Assembly: GCA_045638485.1 (NCBI GenBank)
Contig: JAZUBM010000006.1
Coordinates: 79-64,078 of the forward strand
DNA length: 64,000 nt
Origin: Lentihominibacter sp.
Lineage (GTDB): Bacteria > Bacillota > Clostridia > Peptostreptococcales > Anaerovoracaceae
Direction: 5' to 3'
Shown: positions 30,723 through 41,267 of the stretch, in pieces
How the letters are laid out: the number at the start of each line of letters is the position of its first letter
Position numbering within the stretch: position 1 is the stretch's first letter
Notes under the pieces: generated by a model
What the model saw: the letters and a program-made list of their open reading frames with translations, nothing else
What the model was told of the DNA's origin: nothing
Database searches by the model: none
Position numbers and translations under genes: made by a program

Positions 30723-31823
30723 ATGGCTATTAGTAAAGCGCAGGGAAACAATACAGATAGAGAAAAAGCATTGGATGCAGCTTTAGCACAAATTCAGAAA
30801 CAGTTTGGTAAAGGAGCTGTAATGAAGCTGGGTGATGACGATGCTAAGCTTAATATAGAAGCAATTTCCACAGGATCAATGAGTCTTGACTTGGCAACAG
30901 GTATCGGTGGTGTTCCTAGAGGAAGAATTGTAGAAGTGTACGGACCTGAATCTTCAGGTAAGACAACTCTTACATTACATATAATCGCTGAAGCTCAGAA
31001 GATGGGTGGCAAGGCTGCGTTTATCGATGCGGAACATGCGCTGGATCCTGAATATGCAAGAAATCTGGGCGTAGATGTTGATGAACTGCTGGTATCCCAA
31101 CCTGACTACGGTGAACAGGCACTGGAAATCACAGAGATGCTGGTTAGAAGTGGTGCTATCGATGTTGTGGTTGTTGACTCTGTTGCTGCACTTGTTCCTA
31201 AGCATGAAATAGATGGAGCTATGGGTGATGCTACAGTTGGTGCACAGGCAAGACTGATGTCACAGGCATTAAGAAAGCTGGCAGGTGTTATCAACAAGAC
31301 AAACACTACTATCATATTCATCAACCAGTTGAGAGAAAAAATCGGCGTTATGTTCGGTAACCCTGAAACAACTACAGGCGGAAGAGCACTGAAGTTCTTC
31401 TCCTCAATGAGAATAGATGTTAGAAGAGTTGAAAGCATTAAAGTAGGCGATCAGGTTCTCGGTAACAGAACAAGAGTTAAAATCGTTAAGAACAAAGTGG
31501 CACCTCCTTTCAAGCAGGCTGAATTCGACATCATGTACGGAGAAGGTATCTCTAAGGCAGGAGATGTTCTTGACTGCGCGGTAGAAGCTAAGATTCTCGA
31601 AAAGGCGGGATCATGGTATAGCTTCGAAGGTAACAGAGTGGGTCAGGGAAGAGAAAACGTTAAAAACTACTTGATCGAAAATCCTGATGTAATGGATAAA
31701 ATCGAAGGCATGCTGCTGGATTCCCTTAAAAAGGAAAAGGAAAAGAATGCAGAAGAAGCTGATATGTCCATCCCGGGAATCGATGAAATGATGGTAGATG
31801 AAGATGGAGTAATCATCGAATAA
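30723..31823 (+). CDS. recA: Recombinase RecA
   Basis: [28 protein letters not shown] and [10 protein letters not shown]. Confidence 0.99.
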   Translation: MAISKAQGNNTDREKALDAALAQIQKQFGKGAVMKLGDDDAKLNIEAISTGSMSLDLATGIGGVPRGRIVEVYGPESSGKTTLTLHIIAEAQKMGGKAAFIDAEHALDPEYARNLGVDVDELLVSQPDYGEQALEITEMLVRSGAIDVVVVDSVAALVPKHEIDGAMGDATVGAQARLMSQALRKLAGVINKTNTTIIFINQLREKIGVMFGNPETTTGGRALKFFSSMRIDVRRVESIKVGDQVLGNRTRVKIVKNKVAPPFKQAEFDIMYGEGISKAGDVLDCAVEAKILEKAGSWYSFEGNRVGQGRENVKNYLIENPDVMDKIEGMLLDSLKKEKEKNAEEADMSIPGIDEMMVDEDGVIIE

Positions 31824-31879
31824 AAAAAATATGGATGTAGAGAAAATATTTCTTTACATCCTTTAATTTTTGTAGTATC

Positions 31880-31970
31880 ATATAGCAGGTAAGCCGCTCG
31901 GCAAAGGTTCTCAAATTCAGACAATGCAAGTAATTGCAAAGGCTGATACCTGATAAGGCGAGACTGGATA
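31880..31970 (+). ncRNA. L21_leader ribosomal-protein leader RNA
   Basis: GCAGGTAAGCCGC...GCTGATACCTG..AAGGCGAGACT directly upstream of rplU; matches the Firmicute L21 leader pattern. Confidence 0.75.
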
Positions 31971-31989
31971 GAGGAGGTAAAGAAACAAA

Positions 31990-32496
31990 ATGTACGCAAT
32001 TATTGAAACAGGCGGAAAGCAGTACAGAGTACAGAACGGTGATCAGATTGCTGTTGAAAAGCTGGGCGTTGAAGCTGGCGAAACAGTAGTATTTGACAAA
32101 GTTCTCGTAGTAGGCGAAGGTGAAGGAGTAAAAGTAGGTGCTCCATACGTTGAAGGAACTACAGTAGAAGGTAAGGTAGTAGAAAACGGTAAGGGCAAGA
32201 AGGTTATCATCTTCAAGTACAAGGCTAAGAAAGACTACAGAAAGAAGCAGGGTCACAGACAGCCATACACTCTGGTAGAAATCACTGCTATCGGCGGAGC
32301 AAAGGCACCTGCAGCTAAGGTTGAAGAACCTAAGCAGGAAGTAGCAGCAGAAGAAGTTAAGCCTGCAAAGAAGCCATCACTGAAGTCAATGAAGAAAGCA
32401 CAGCTCATTGAATTCGCTAAGGAAAACAACATCGAAATCGATGAAAAGGCTACAAATGCAGTAATGATCGAAACTATCGAAGCTGCTCTGAAATAA
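31990..32496 (+). CDS. rplU: 50S ribosomal protein L21 with a ~65-aa C-terminal extension
   Basis: [22 protein letters not shown]; the reading frame continues past the canonical end (~aa 102). Confidence 0.96.
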   Translation: MYAIIETGGKQYRVQNGDQIAVEKLGVEAGETVVFDKVLVVGEGEGVKVGAPYVEGTTVEGKVVENGKGKKVIIFKYKAKKDYRKKQGHRQPYTLVEITAIGGAKAPAAKVEEPKQEVAAEEVKPAKKPSLKSMKKAQLIEFAKENNIEIDEKATNAVMIETIEAALK

Positions 32497-32555
32497 GAAT
32501 TTTAAAAACAAGAAACTTTAATTCAAATTTGAAATAGCAAGGAGGTGTCTGGTCC

Positions 32556-32816
32556 ATGGCAAGTAAGAAAGGTGTAGGAAGCTCGAAGAACGGTCGTGAT
32601 AGTGAGTCGAAACGTTTAGGCGTTAAGACAGGCGACGGTCAGTTCGTAAGTGCTGGAAGCATTCTGGTTAGACAGAGAGGAACTAAGTTCCACCCTGGTA
32701 ACAACGTTGGAATCGGCGGAGATGATACATTATTTGCAATGATTGACGGAGCTGTTAAGTTCGAAAGATATGACAAAAAGAGAAAGCAAGTAAGCGTATA
32801 TCCAAAAGAAGCATAA
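32556..32816 (+). CDS. rpmA: 50S ribosomal protein L27 (no N-terminal propeptide)
   Basis: [30 protein letters not shown] and GGDDTLFA; in-frame TAG at 32535 upstream. Confidence 0.98.
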   Translation: MASKKGVGSSKNGRDSESKRLGVKTGDGQFVSAGSILVRQRGTKFHPGNNVGIGGDDTLFAMIDGAVKFERYDKKRKQVSVYPKEA

Positions 32817-32873
32817 GTAATTCGAGCCCCTAATGAATATTAGGGGCTTTGTTTTTCAAAAATAGTTAAATGA

Positions 32874-34211
<1,338 letters not shown>

Positions 34212-34243
34212 AAGGCGGAAACGCCTTCTTTTTTTATGCTTAA

Positions 34244-34278
34244 ATCATTATTAACTTCTGCTTAGGTCTGCATAGAAT
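34244..34278 (+). promoter_or_regulatory. Putative sigmaE promoter of the M23-like gene
   Basis: -10 CATAGAAT (34271-34278) with an ATT-containing -35 upstream, just after the obgE terminator. Confidence 0.45.
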
Positions 34279-34313
34279 GTAGAAAACATATACATAACAT
34301 ATGGAGGTGTAGT

Positions 34314-34820
34314 ATGTTTAAAAAGATTCTAACACAGACCGGGATATGTGCTTTAGTTGTATTGGCACTGGTTCTATCAAAAAACTCAGGTGTAACACCA
34401 ATGGAAAGAGGTGCAGATGTTGTGATGGCACATATGGCTGTAACATATACTCTTGATGACGTAAAATCTGTAGCTAAGAAAACAGCAGTCGTGACATCAG
34501 TGTTTAAAAATAAGCTAGGTGGTGCAGTAGATGCCATAACAGGCAAACCTGTTTATGGAGAACCCATAGATGTGAAATATGAAGGTAATAAAACAGTTGT
34601 TTATGCAGTGGCAGGAGGTAAGGTTACAGCTGTAGGCCAAAATGAAGAAATAGGAAATTATATTAAGATCATTCACGGGGACCAAGGAGAAAGCTTATAT
34701 GGTAATTTAAGTTCTATAAGAGTCGCTACACCCGAGAACGTTAAAAAGGGACAAATTATCGGTGTATATGATAAAACCATAGGAGCTGATTTTTACTATT
34801 CATTAAAGGAATTTCAATGA
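34314..34820 (+). CDS. Membrane-anchored degenerate M23-family protein (SpoIVFA-like)
   Basis: N-terminal TM; VYAVAGGKV..G..IGNYIKIIHG..SLYGNL..V..GQIIG; the catalytic HxH is replaced by YGNL. Confidence 0.7.
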   Translation: MFKKILTQTGICALVVLALVLSKNSGVTPMERGADVVMAHMAVTYTLDDVKSVAKKTAVVTSVFKNKLGGAVDAITGKPVYGEPIDVKYEGNKTVVYAVAGGKVTAVGQNEEIGNYIKIIHGDQGESLYGNLSSIRVATPENVKKGQIIGVYDKTIGADFYYSLKEFQ

Positions 34821-34882
34821 TAAATTTGACGAATAATGTGGTATACTAGGAGACAGTATAAACACGAGAAAGGAATGTTTAA

Positions 34883-35410
34883 ATGGCACATCCTGATAGA
34901 CAAGAATGTGAAAGGCTTTTAATCGAATATGGGACTCCGGAGCATGTAAAAGGTCATTGTAGGGCTGTGGCAGGTGCTGCTTGCAAAATAGCTGAGGAGT
35001 TGAATAAACATGGTTACAATCTTAATGTTCCTCTTATTCTTGCATCAGGAATGCTTCATGATATTGCAAGAGTAGAAGACAGACATTGGGATGTTGGTGC
35101 CGAACTGATGGACAAGCTGGGATATCATGAGGAAGGCAAGATTATAAAAGTTCACATGACATATTCTCCTTTTTCGGATATTTCCGATGTTACAGAAACA
35201 GACATGGTATGTTTAGGTGACAGAATCGTCTTGGAAGATGAATATGTGGGACTGGATAAGCGAATGGACTATGTTATAAATAAGGCCAAGAAGAACGGAC
35301 ATCCTGAGGCGGAGCAATTTATACTGGAAAAGAAAAAACAAACCCGAGGCTTTATAAATCAAATAGAAGAAACAATAGGCTGCACTTTGGATGAGCTGAT
35401 GAAAGGATAA
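34883..35410 (+). CDS. HD (HDIG) domain metal-dependent phosphohydrolase
   Basis: HVKGHCRAV, GMLHDIAR, HWDVGA and VCLGDR. Confidence 0.85.
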   Translation: MAHPDRQECERLLIEYGTPEHVKGHCRAVAGAACKIAEELNKHGYNLNVPLILASGMLHDIARVEDRHWDVGAELMDKLGYHEEGKIIKVHMTYSPFSDISDVTETDMVCLGDRIVLEDEYVGLDKRMDYVINKAKKNGHPEAEQFILEKKKQTRGFINQIEETIGCTLDELMKG

Positions 35411-35412
35411 AC

Positions 35413-37266
35413 ATGAATATAGATAAAGAACTTGATAAATTATTAAAAAAAGTTGAAAAGCCTGCCAGATACATCGGAGGAGAAGTAAACAGCATAAAGA
35501 AAGATCCTGAAAAGGTTGCAGTTAGAATGGGATTCGCATTTCCCGATACATATGAAATCGGTATGTCATACATGGGATTGCAGATTTTGTATAACATTCT
35601 CAATAAGAATGATGATATTTATTGCGAGAGAGTTTTTGCACCCGCAATGGATATGGAAAACCTCATGAGAGAAGCCGGCAGAGAGCTGTTTACACTGGAA
35701 ACTTTAACTCCTGTTAAAGAACTTGATGTGCTTGGATTTACACTTCAATACGAATTGTCGTATACCAACTTACTGAACATGTTGGACCTGGGTGGAATTC
35801 CATTGAAATCTGTTGATAGAGGGGATGAATATCCTATTATTATTGCAGGAGGACCATGCGCGTACAATCCTGAACCACTGGCTGATTTTGTGGATGCTTT
35901 TCTGATCGGTGATGGCGAAGAGCTGCTTGAAAAAGTATGTCTTGCTAAGAAAGATTGTGAAACTAAGGATGAATTCTTAAAGAAAATCAGTGCATATGAT
36001 GGGGTTTATGTACCTGCATTTTATGATGTTGAATATAATGAAGACGGTACAATTAAAGCGTTTAATAAACTTTGGGATGGAGCACCTGACAGAGTTAAGC
36101 GTGCAGTAATTGAGGACCTTGATAAGGCTGAATTTCCTGTGAAAAATATAGTTCCATTTATCGATACTGTTCATGACCGTTCAGTTGTTGAAACTTTCAG
36201 AGGTTGTACAAGAGGCTGTAGATTCTGTCAGGCAGGAATGATTTACAGACCGGTAAGAGAACGTAAAAAGGAAACAATCAAGGAACTGGCTAAGAACCAG
36301 ATTGCAAATACAGGACATGATGAATTGTCATTACTGTCACTTTCTACAAGCGATCACTCACAGTTCGAAGAGTTAGCCGTTGACCTGATGAAAATGTGTA
36401 AAGCACAGAATGTTGCACTTTCCTTGCCATCTCTCAGACTGGACTCTTTCTCATTTAAAGTTCTGGAAGAAATTCAGGGATATAGAAAGTCCGGACTTAC
36501 CTTTGCACCTGAAGCAGGAAGTCAGAGACTTAGAGATATCATAAATAAGAATATAACTGAAGAGAATATTTACAGTGCCGTTGAGCAGGCTATAGAACTT
36601 GGATGGGAAAACATCAAGCTTTACTTTATGGCAGGACTTCCGGGTGAAACATATGAGGACTTGGATGGTATTGGTAATATTGCGAAGAATATTATCGATA
36701 TCAACTTTAAAATAAGAGGTAGAAAGGGAGGACGTTTCAGAGTAACTGTCAGCGTTTCCAATTTCGTGCCTAAAGCTCATACACCGTTCCAGTGGGCTGC
36801 ACAGGATACGCCGGAAGAATTTATGGCCAAGCATAACCATTTGACAAAAGGCCTGCACATAAAAGGAGTTACTTTTAACTATCACGAAACTAAGACAAGT
36901 AAGCTGGAGGCTGTATTTGCGAGAGGCGACAGGCGTGTCGGAGCTCTGCTTTTTAAAGCACACGAACTTGGCTGTAAATTTGATGGTTGGACAGAACATT
37001 ATAATGATGATCTGTGGATGAAGGCTTTTGAAGAAACAGGAACAGATATTGCTTTCTATAATTACAGAGAAAGATCTTACGATGAAATTCTTCCATGGGA
37101 TATTATTGATCCACTGGTAACAAGAGAATTCTTAATGAGAGAAAATGAAAAGGCAAAGGCGGCACAGGTTACTCCTGATTGCAGACAGGGATGTGCCGGT
37201 TGTGGAATAAACAAGCACACTGAATGCTTTAAGGGTGCTGAATTTGCGGAGGTGGCCAATGTTTAA
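35413..37266 (+). CDS. TIGR03960-family radical SAM protein with a B12-binding-like domain
   Basis: KPARYIGGE, FPDTYEIGMS, ETFRGCTRGCRFCQAG, FAPEAGSQRLR and FVPKAHTPFQW. Confidence 0.92.
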   Translation: MNIDKELDKLLKKVEKPARYIGGEVNSIKKDPEKVAVRMGFAFPDTYEIGMSYMGLQILYNILNKNDDIYCERVFAPAMDMENLMREAGRELFTLETLTPVKELDVLGFTLQYELSYTNLLNMLDLGGIPLKSVDRGDEYPIIIAGGPCAYNPEPLADFVDAFLIGDGEELLEKVCLAKKDCETKDEFLKKISAYDGVYVPAFYDVEYNEDGTIKAFNKLWDGAPDRVKRAVIEDLDKAEFPVKNIVPFIDTVHDRSVVETFRGCTRGCRFCQAGMIYRPVRERKKETIKELAKNQIANTGHDELSLLSLSTSDHSQFEELAVDLMKMCKAQNVALSLPSLRLDSFSFKVLEEIQGYRKSGLTFAPEAGSQRLRDIINKNITEENIYSAVEQAIELGWENIKLYFMAGLPGETYEDLDGIGNIAKNIIDINFKIRGRKGGRFRVTVSVSNFVPKAHTPFQWAAQDTPEEFMAKHNHLTKGLHIKGVTFNYHETKTSKLEAVFARGDRRVGALLFKAHELGCKFDGWTEHYNDDLWMKAFEETGTDIAFYNYRERSYDEILPWDIIDPLVTREFLMRENEKAKAAQVTPDCRQGCAGCGINKHTECFKGAEFAEVANV

Positions 37267-37930
37267 ATACGTATTGACATTTTCAAAAACAGGCACCATT
37301 TGCTACACTTCACATCTGGATATGATGAAGATGTTCAAGAGAGTGTTCAAGAGAGCAGGGATAAAACAGAGCTATTCGCAAGGTTTTAATCCTCATCCTA
37401 AGATGGGCTTTGCTCAGCCGTTATCATTGGGATACTGGGGACTCAATGAGCTTTTGGAATTCGAAACCGATGAAGAGTACGATGTTGATTGGCTGAAGAA
37501 AACACTGCAACCACTTATGCCTGATGGTATAAAAATCACTTGGTGTGAAGTACCGGAACCTTCTAAGAAAACGCTGGCAGCAAAAACAGTGGCGGCAGAA
37601 TATATTATTGGCATCCCTTATAGTGGCAATCTTGATATGACAGAAGAACAGATTAAAGATGCCTATATGGGCCAAGACAGAATTATTACATTGAAGAAAC
37701 AAAAGAAGAAAAAGGATCTTGTTGAGGTTGATATTAAACCTATGATTAGAGATATCTCTTTTGTTAAGGAAGATGAAACGGTTTTCGTTACAGCTTTGGT
37801 TGATCAAGGAAGTAATTCCAACTTAAGCCCTGAACTTTTGATAACAACTCTTATTGAAGCATTGAAAATCGATACAGAAAGAAGTGAAGTTCAGGTTATG
37901 AGAAGAAAAATCCTTTTCGAAGAAGAGTAA
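37259..37930 (+). CDS. TIGR03936-family radical-SAM-associated protein (DUF2344)
   Basis: YTSHLDMM, YSQGFNPHPK..FAQPLSLG and GSNSNLSP; overlaps the upstream stop. Confidence 0.9.
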   Translation: MFKYVLTFSKTGTICYTSHLDMMKMFKRVFKRAGIKQSYSQGFNPHPKMGFAQPLSLGYWGLNELLEFETDEEYDVDWLKKTLQPLMPDGIKITWCEVPEPSKKTLAAKTVAAEYIIGIPYSGNLDMTEEQIKDAYMGQDRIITLKKQKKKKDLVEVDIKPMIRDISFVKEDETVFVTALVDQGSNSNLSPELLITTLIEALKIDTERSEVQVMRRKILFEEE

Positions 37931-37984
37931 TAATTGACAAATAATACCAATAAATGTAAAATTATCCCAAGGGAGGTATTTGGG

Positions 37985-38614
37985 ATGAAAGAAAAAATTA
38001 TTGGTATTTGGGAAAATGATAAGCTCCAAAGCTTCATCAATGAAAACAAAGATATAATAATGAAGGTGGCCGCAGCAGCAGTGCTTGTTGTTGCTGCCTT
38101 TTTTGTTTTTGTTGCTTCAGGCAAGGGCGATGATGATGTTGTTGTTGAAGATGTTAATGCGATTACTGAAACTGAACCTGTTTCTTCAATGATAATGGTC
38201 GATATCGGTGGAGAAGTTATTAATCCTACGGTTGTTGAATTGAAAGAAGGCAGTAGAGTTGAGGATGCTATAAAAGCCGCCGGCGGAGTTACTGAAAATG
38301 CTGATTTAACTGAAATAAACAGGGCTGCATTTCTAGCTGATGGCGACAAAATAATGATACCTTCTATAAGTGATGATATGAATAATATATCGGGAGAGGC
38401 ATCATCATATTCAATGTCAGACGGCAAAATAAACATCAATATTGCCGGTTTTGAGGAACTCCAACAATTGGATGGAGTTGGACCTGCTACTGCAGAAAAA
38501 ATAATTGAATATCGTGAAGAAAATGGGCGATTTAATACAATAGAAGAAATCAAAAATGTATCAGGTATTGGTGATAAGACCTTTGAGAAGTTCCAAAATG
38601 ATATTAAAACATAA
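37985..38614 (+). CDS. comEA: ComEA-like DNA-binding protein (TM, SLBB, helix-hairpin-helix)
   Basis: VDIGGEVINP, RVEDAIKAAGG, ININIA..EELQQLDGVGPATAEKIIEYRE and VSGIGDKT. Confidence 0.88.
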   Translation: MKEKIIGIWENDKLQSFINENKDIIMKVAAAAVLVVAAFFVFVASGKGDDDVVVEDVNAITETEPVSSMIMVDIGGEVINPTVVELKEGSRVEDAIKAAGGVTENADLTEINRAAFLADGDKIMIPSISDDMNNISGEASSYSMSDGKININIAGFEELQQLDGVGPATAEKIIEYREENGRFNTIEEIKNVSGIGDKTFEKFQNDIKT

Positions 38615-38666
38615 TTGTATATTAAAAAAATTAATTATTACATATCAAAATAGTTAAAAATGGGAA

Positions 38667-38924
38667 TTATTTGTGATTAATATGGAGGTACTTTTCTCTG
38701 GTAGCAAGCCCTCCTCTAATGTGACGCTCAGCTTTATTATTATCAAGAATTTCTTTAACTTCAGCTGCGAGTCCGGGGTTCAACTCATGTAATCGTTCGG
38801 TAATGTCTTTATGTACTGTCGACTTGGAAACTCTGAATTTAGCGGCAGTACTTCTTACTGTTGCGCCTGTTTCAACGATATAGTTTGCAAGCTCAAGGAC
38901 TCTCTCTTCGATATAATCTTTCAT
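38667..38924 (-). CDS. spoIIID: Sporulation transcription regulator SpoIIID
   Basis: MKDYIEERVL..TVRSTA..F.VSKSTVHKD.TERL...NKAERHIRGGLATREKY. Confidence 0.96.
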   Translation of the reverse strand: MKDYIEERVLELANYIVETGATVRSTAAKFRVSKSTVHKDITERLHELNPGLAAEVKEILDNNKAERHIRGGLATREKYLHINHK

Positions 38925-38973
38925 TACGTGACAATTCACCACCTCGTTATTATTTGACTTTGCCAGTCAAGAC

Positions 38974-39003
38974 AATATATGAGAACGGGTAAAAAAATAT
39001 ACT
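38974..39003 (-). promoter_or_regulatory. sigmaE promoter of spoIIID
   Basis: Minus strand reads GTATATT-14-CATATATT; spoIIID is a known sigmaE target. Confidence 0.65.
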
Positions 39004-39093
39004 CCATTTAAATACTACAATGGATTTTTCAGTGTAAATTTCATTACCGGTGGCAAAACTAACAGAAAGTTGATAAAATGAAAGGAGAATGCG

Positions 39094-40143
39094 ATGAAAT
39101 TATTATCGCATATTCATGGTATGGGATTTACAGAAGAAGTAGGAATAGATTTGGGAACAGCCAATGTCCTTATATATGTGGAAGGTAAAGGAATTGTCCT
39201 TCAAGAACCTTCAGTAGTTGCTATAAATCGAGACACCAATGAGATACTGGCAGTTGGTAACGAAGCTAAACGCATGATTGGGAGAACACCGGGTAATATT
39301 GCCGCAATCAGACCTTTGAAAGAAGGTGTGATATCGGATTATGATGTTACTGAAAGAATGCTTCAGTACTTTATAAAGAAGACATGTGGAAATAGCAAGT
39401 TTATCAAGCCCAGAATAATTGTTTGCGTGCCCAGTGGAGTTACAGAAGTGGAAAAACGTGCAGTCAAAGAGGCTGCTCTGCAAGCCGGTGGAAGATCTGT
39501 ATTTCTCATTGAAGAACCTGTAGCAGCGGCGATTGGTGCAGGAATAGATATTGCGGCACCTGAAGGAACCATGGTTATAGATATCGGTGGAGGAACTACC
39601 GATATTGCTGTAATCTCTATGGGTGGAATTGTATCGAGTATGTCAGTAAAAATCGCAGGCGACAAATTCGATGATTATATTATTAGATACATGCGAAAAA
39701 CCTATAACCTCTATATAGGTGAGCGTATGGCAGAAAAAATCAAATGCCAGATAGGAATTGCTCATTCTCAAGAAGAAAATTTGGTTGCATCATGTAAAGG
39801 ACGTGACTTACTAACAGGATTACCTAAAACGATTGAAATATCTTCAGAAGAAATCCTTGAAGCCCTTGAGGAACCGCTTACGGTTATTTGTGATGCAGTT
39901 CATGGCGTTTTGGAAAAAACACCTCCTGAGCTTGCTGCAGATGTTGGTGAGTCAGGGATAGTTATCACCGGCGGAGGAGCATATTTGAAAGGCCTTGACA
40001 AAAGAATTGAAGAAAGAACCGGTATAAAAACAGTGATAGCAGCTGATGCAGATTACTGTGTTGCAAAGGGCACAGGTGAATCTTTGAAATATATAGATGT
40101 TATAAGCAGAAACAGTTTGAATAGGAGAGAAACTTATATATGA
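39094..40143 (+). CDS. mbl: MreB-like actin homolog (Mbl/MreB)
   Basis: IDLGTAN, EPSVVA, IEEPVAAAIG, DIGGGTTD and TGGGA; adjacent to spoIIID. Confidence 0.88.
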   Translation: MKLLSHIHGMGFTEEVGIDLGTANVLIYVEGKGIVLQEPSVVAINRDTNEILAVGNEAKRMIGRTPGNIAAIRPLKEGVISDYDVTERMLQYFIKKTCGNSKFIKPRIIVCVPSGVTEVEKRAVKEAALQAGGRSVFLIEEPVAAAIGAGIDIAAPEGTMVIDIGGGTTDIAVISMGGIVSSMSVKIAGDKFDDYIIRYMRKTYNLYIGERMAEKIKCQIGIAHSQEENLVASCKGRDLLTGLPKTIEISSEEILEALEEPLTVICDAVHGVLEKTPPELAADVGESGIVITGGGAYLKGLDKRIEERTGIKTVIAADADYCVAKGTGESLKYIDVISRNSLNRRETYI

Positions 40144-41267
40144 AACTTGAATTGATAGCAACAGCTACATTTGGACTTGAAGCAGTAGTAAAAAGAGAAA
40201 TAGAAGCGCTAGGCTACAAAATCATCAAAACAGAAGACGGTAAGGTCACCTATATGGGAGACGAAAGAGCAATCGTTAAATCGAACTTATGGCTGAGAAG
40301 TGCTGATAGAGTATTGCTGAAAATGGCTGAATTCAAAGCTGTAGAGTTTGAAGAGCTGTTTCAGCAGACAAAGGCGCTCCCGTGGGAAGAACTGATACCT
40401 GTAGACGGAAAATTCACAGTAACAGGTACTTCGGTAAAATCTAAGCTCCATAGTGTTCCTGCTTGCCAGAAGATAGTAAAAAAAGCAATTGTCGAGAAAC
40501 TGAAGGAATTCTATGGACTGGAAGTTTTCGAAGAAACCGGGGCTGAATATACAGTAAAAGCAACCATCCTTAAGGATAGAGTTACCTTAACAGTTGATAC
40601 TACAGGTGCAGGCCTCCATAAGAGAGGATATAGGGTTGCAGATGTGGCAGCTCCTATTAAGGAGACATTGGCAGCAGCGATGGTTCAACTGAGTTTTTGG
40701 AACAAAGACAGAATACTGTTGGATCCATGTTGCGGATCCGGAACAATTCCTATTGAAGCAGCCATGATTGCAAGAAACATTGCTCCCGGTCTCAATAGAA
40801 AATTTGCTTGTCAGGATTGGGAACTGATAGACGAGAAAATATGGAAAGAAGAAAAGAAGGCTGCTTTCGAAGCCATTGACTATGATACCGAACTTAAAAT
40901 TTACGGCTTCGATATCAACAGAAAAGCTGTAGATGCTGCAAGGGAAAATGCTGAAGAAGCAGGAGTAGATGACTGCATAGTGATTAAAAAGGCGGATGCT
41001 TCCAAACTGAGATCCATAGGCGATAACGGTATAGTATTAACCAACCCACCATATGGTGAACGTATCGGAGAGGAAGAAGAAATTCTTAAAATATACGAAG
41101 GCTTTGGTAAGTTCTTCAGAGAAAACCCTGACTGGTCGCTGTTCATGATAACAACTGACAAGGAGGCCGAAGAGAAAATCATGGGAAGAGAGGCCAACAG
41201 AAGAAGAAAGTTATATAACGGTAGATTAGAAACTTGTTATTATCAGTTTCATGGGGAAAGAAAATGA
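40140..41267 (+). CDS. THUMP-domain class I SAM RNA methyltransferase (RlmL/YpsC-like)
   Basis: ATATFGLEA, LHKRGYR, APIKETLAAA, DPCCGSGTI and TNPPYGER. Confidence 0.9.
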   Translation: MKLELIATATFGLEAVVKREIEALGYKIIKTEDGKVTYMGDERAIVKSNLWLRSADRVLLKMAEFKAVEFEELFQQTKALPWEELIPVDGKFTVTGTSVKSKLHSVPACQKIVKKAIVEKLKEFYGLEVFEETGAEYTVKATILKDRVTLTVDTTGAGLHKRGYRVADVAAPIKETLAAAMVQLSFWNKDRILLDPCCGSGTIPIEAAMIARNIAPGLNRKFACQDWELIDEKIWKEEKKAAFEAIDYDTELKIYGFDINRKAVDAARENAEEAGVDDCIVIKKADASKLRSIGDNGIVLTNPPYGERIGEEEEILKIYEGFGKFFRENPDWSLFMITTDKEAEEKIMGREANRRRKLYNGRLETCYYQFHGERK

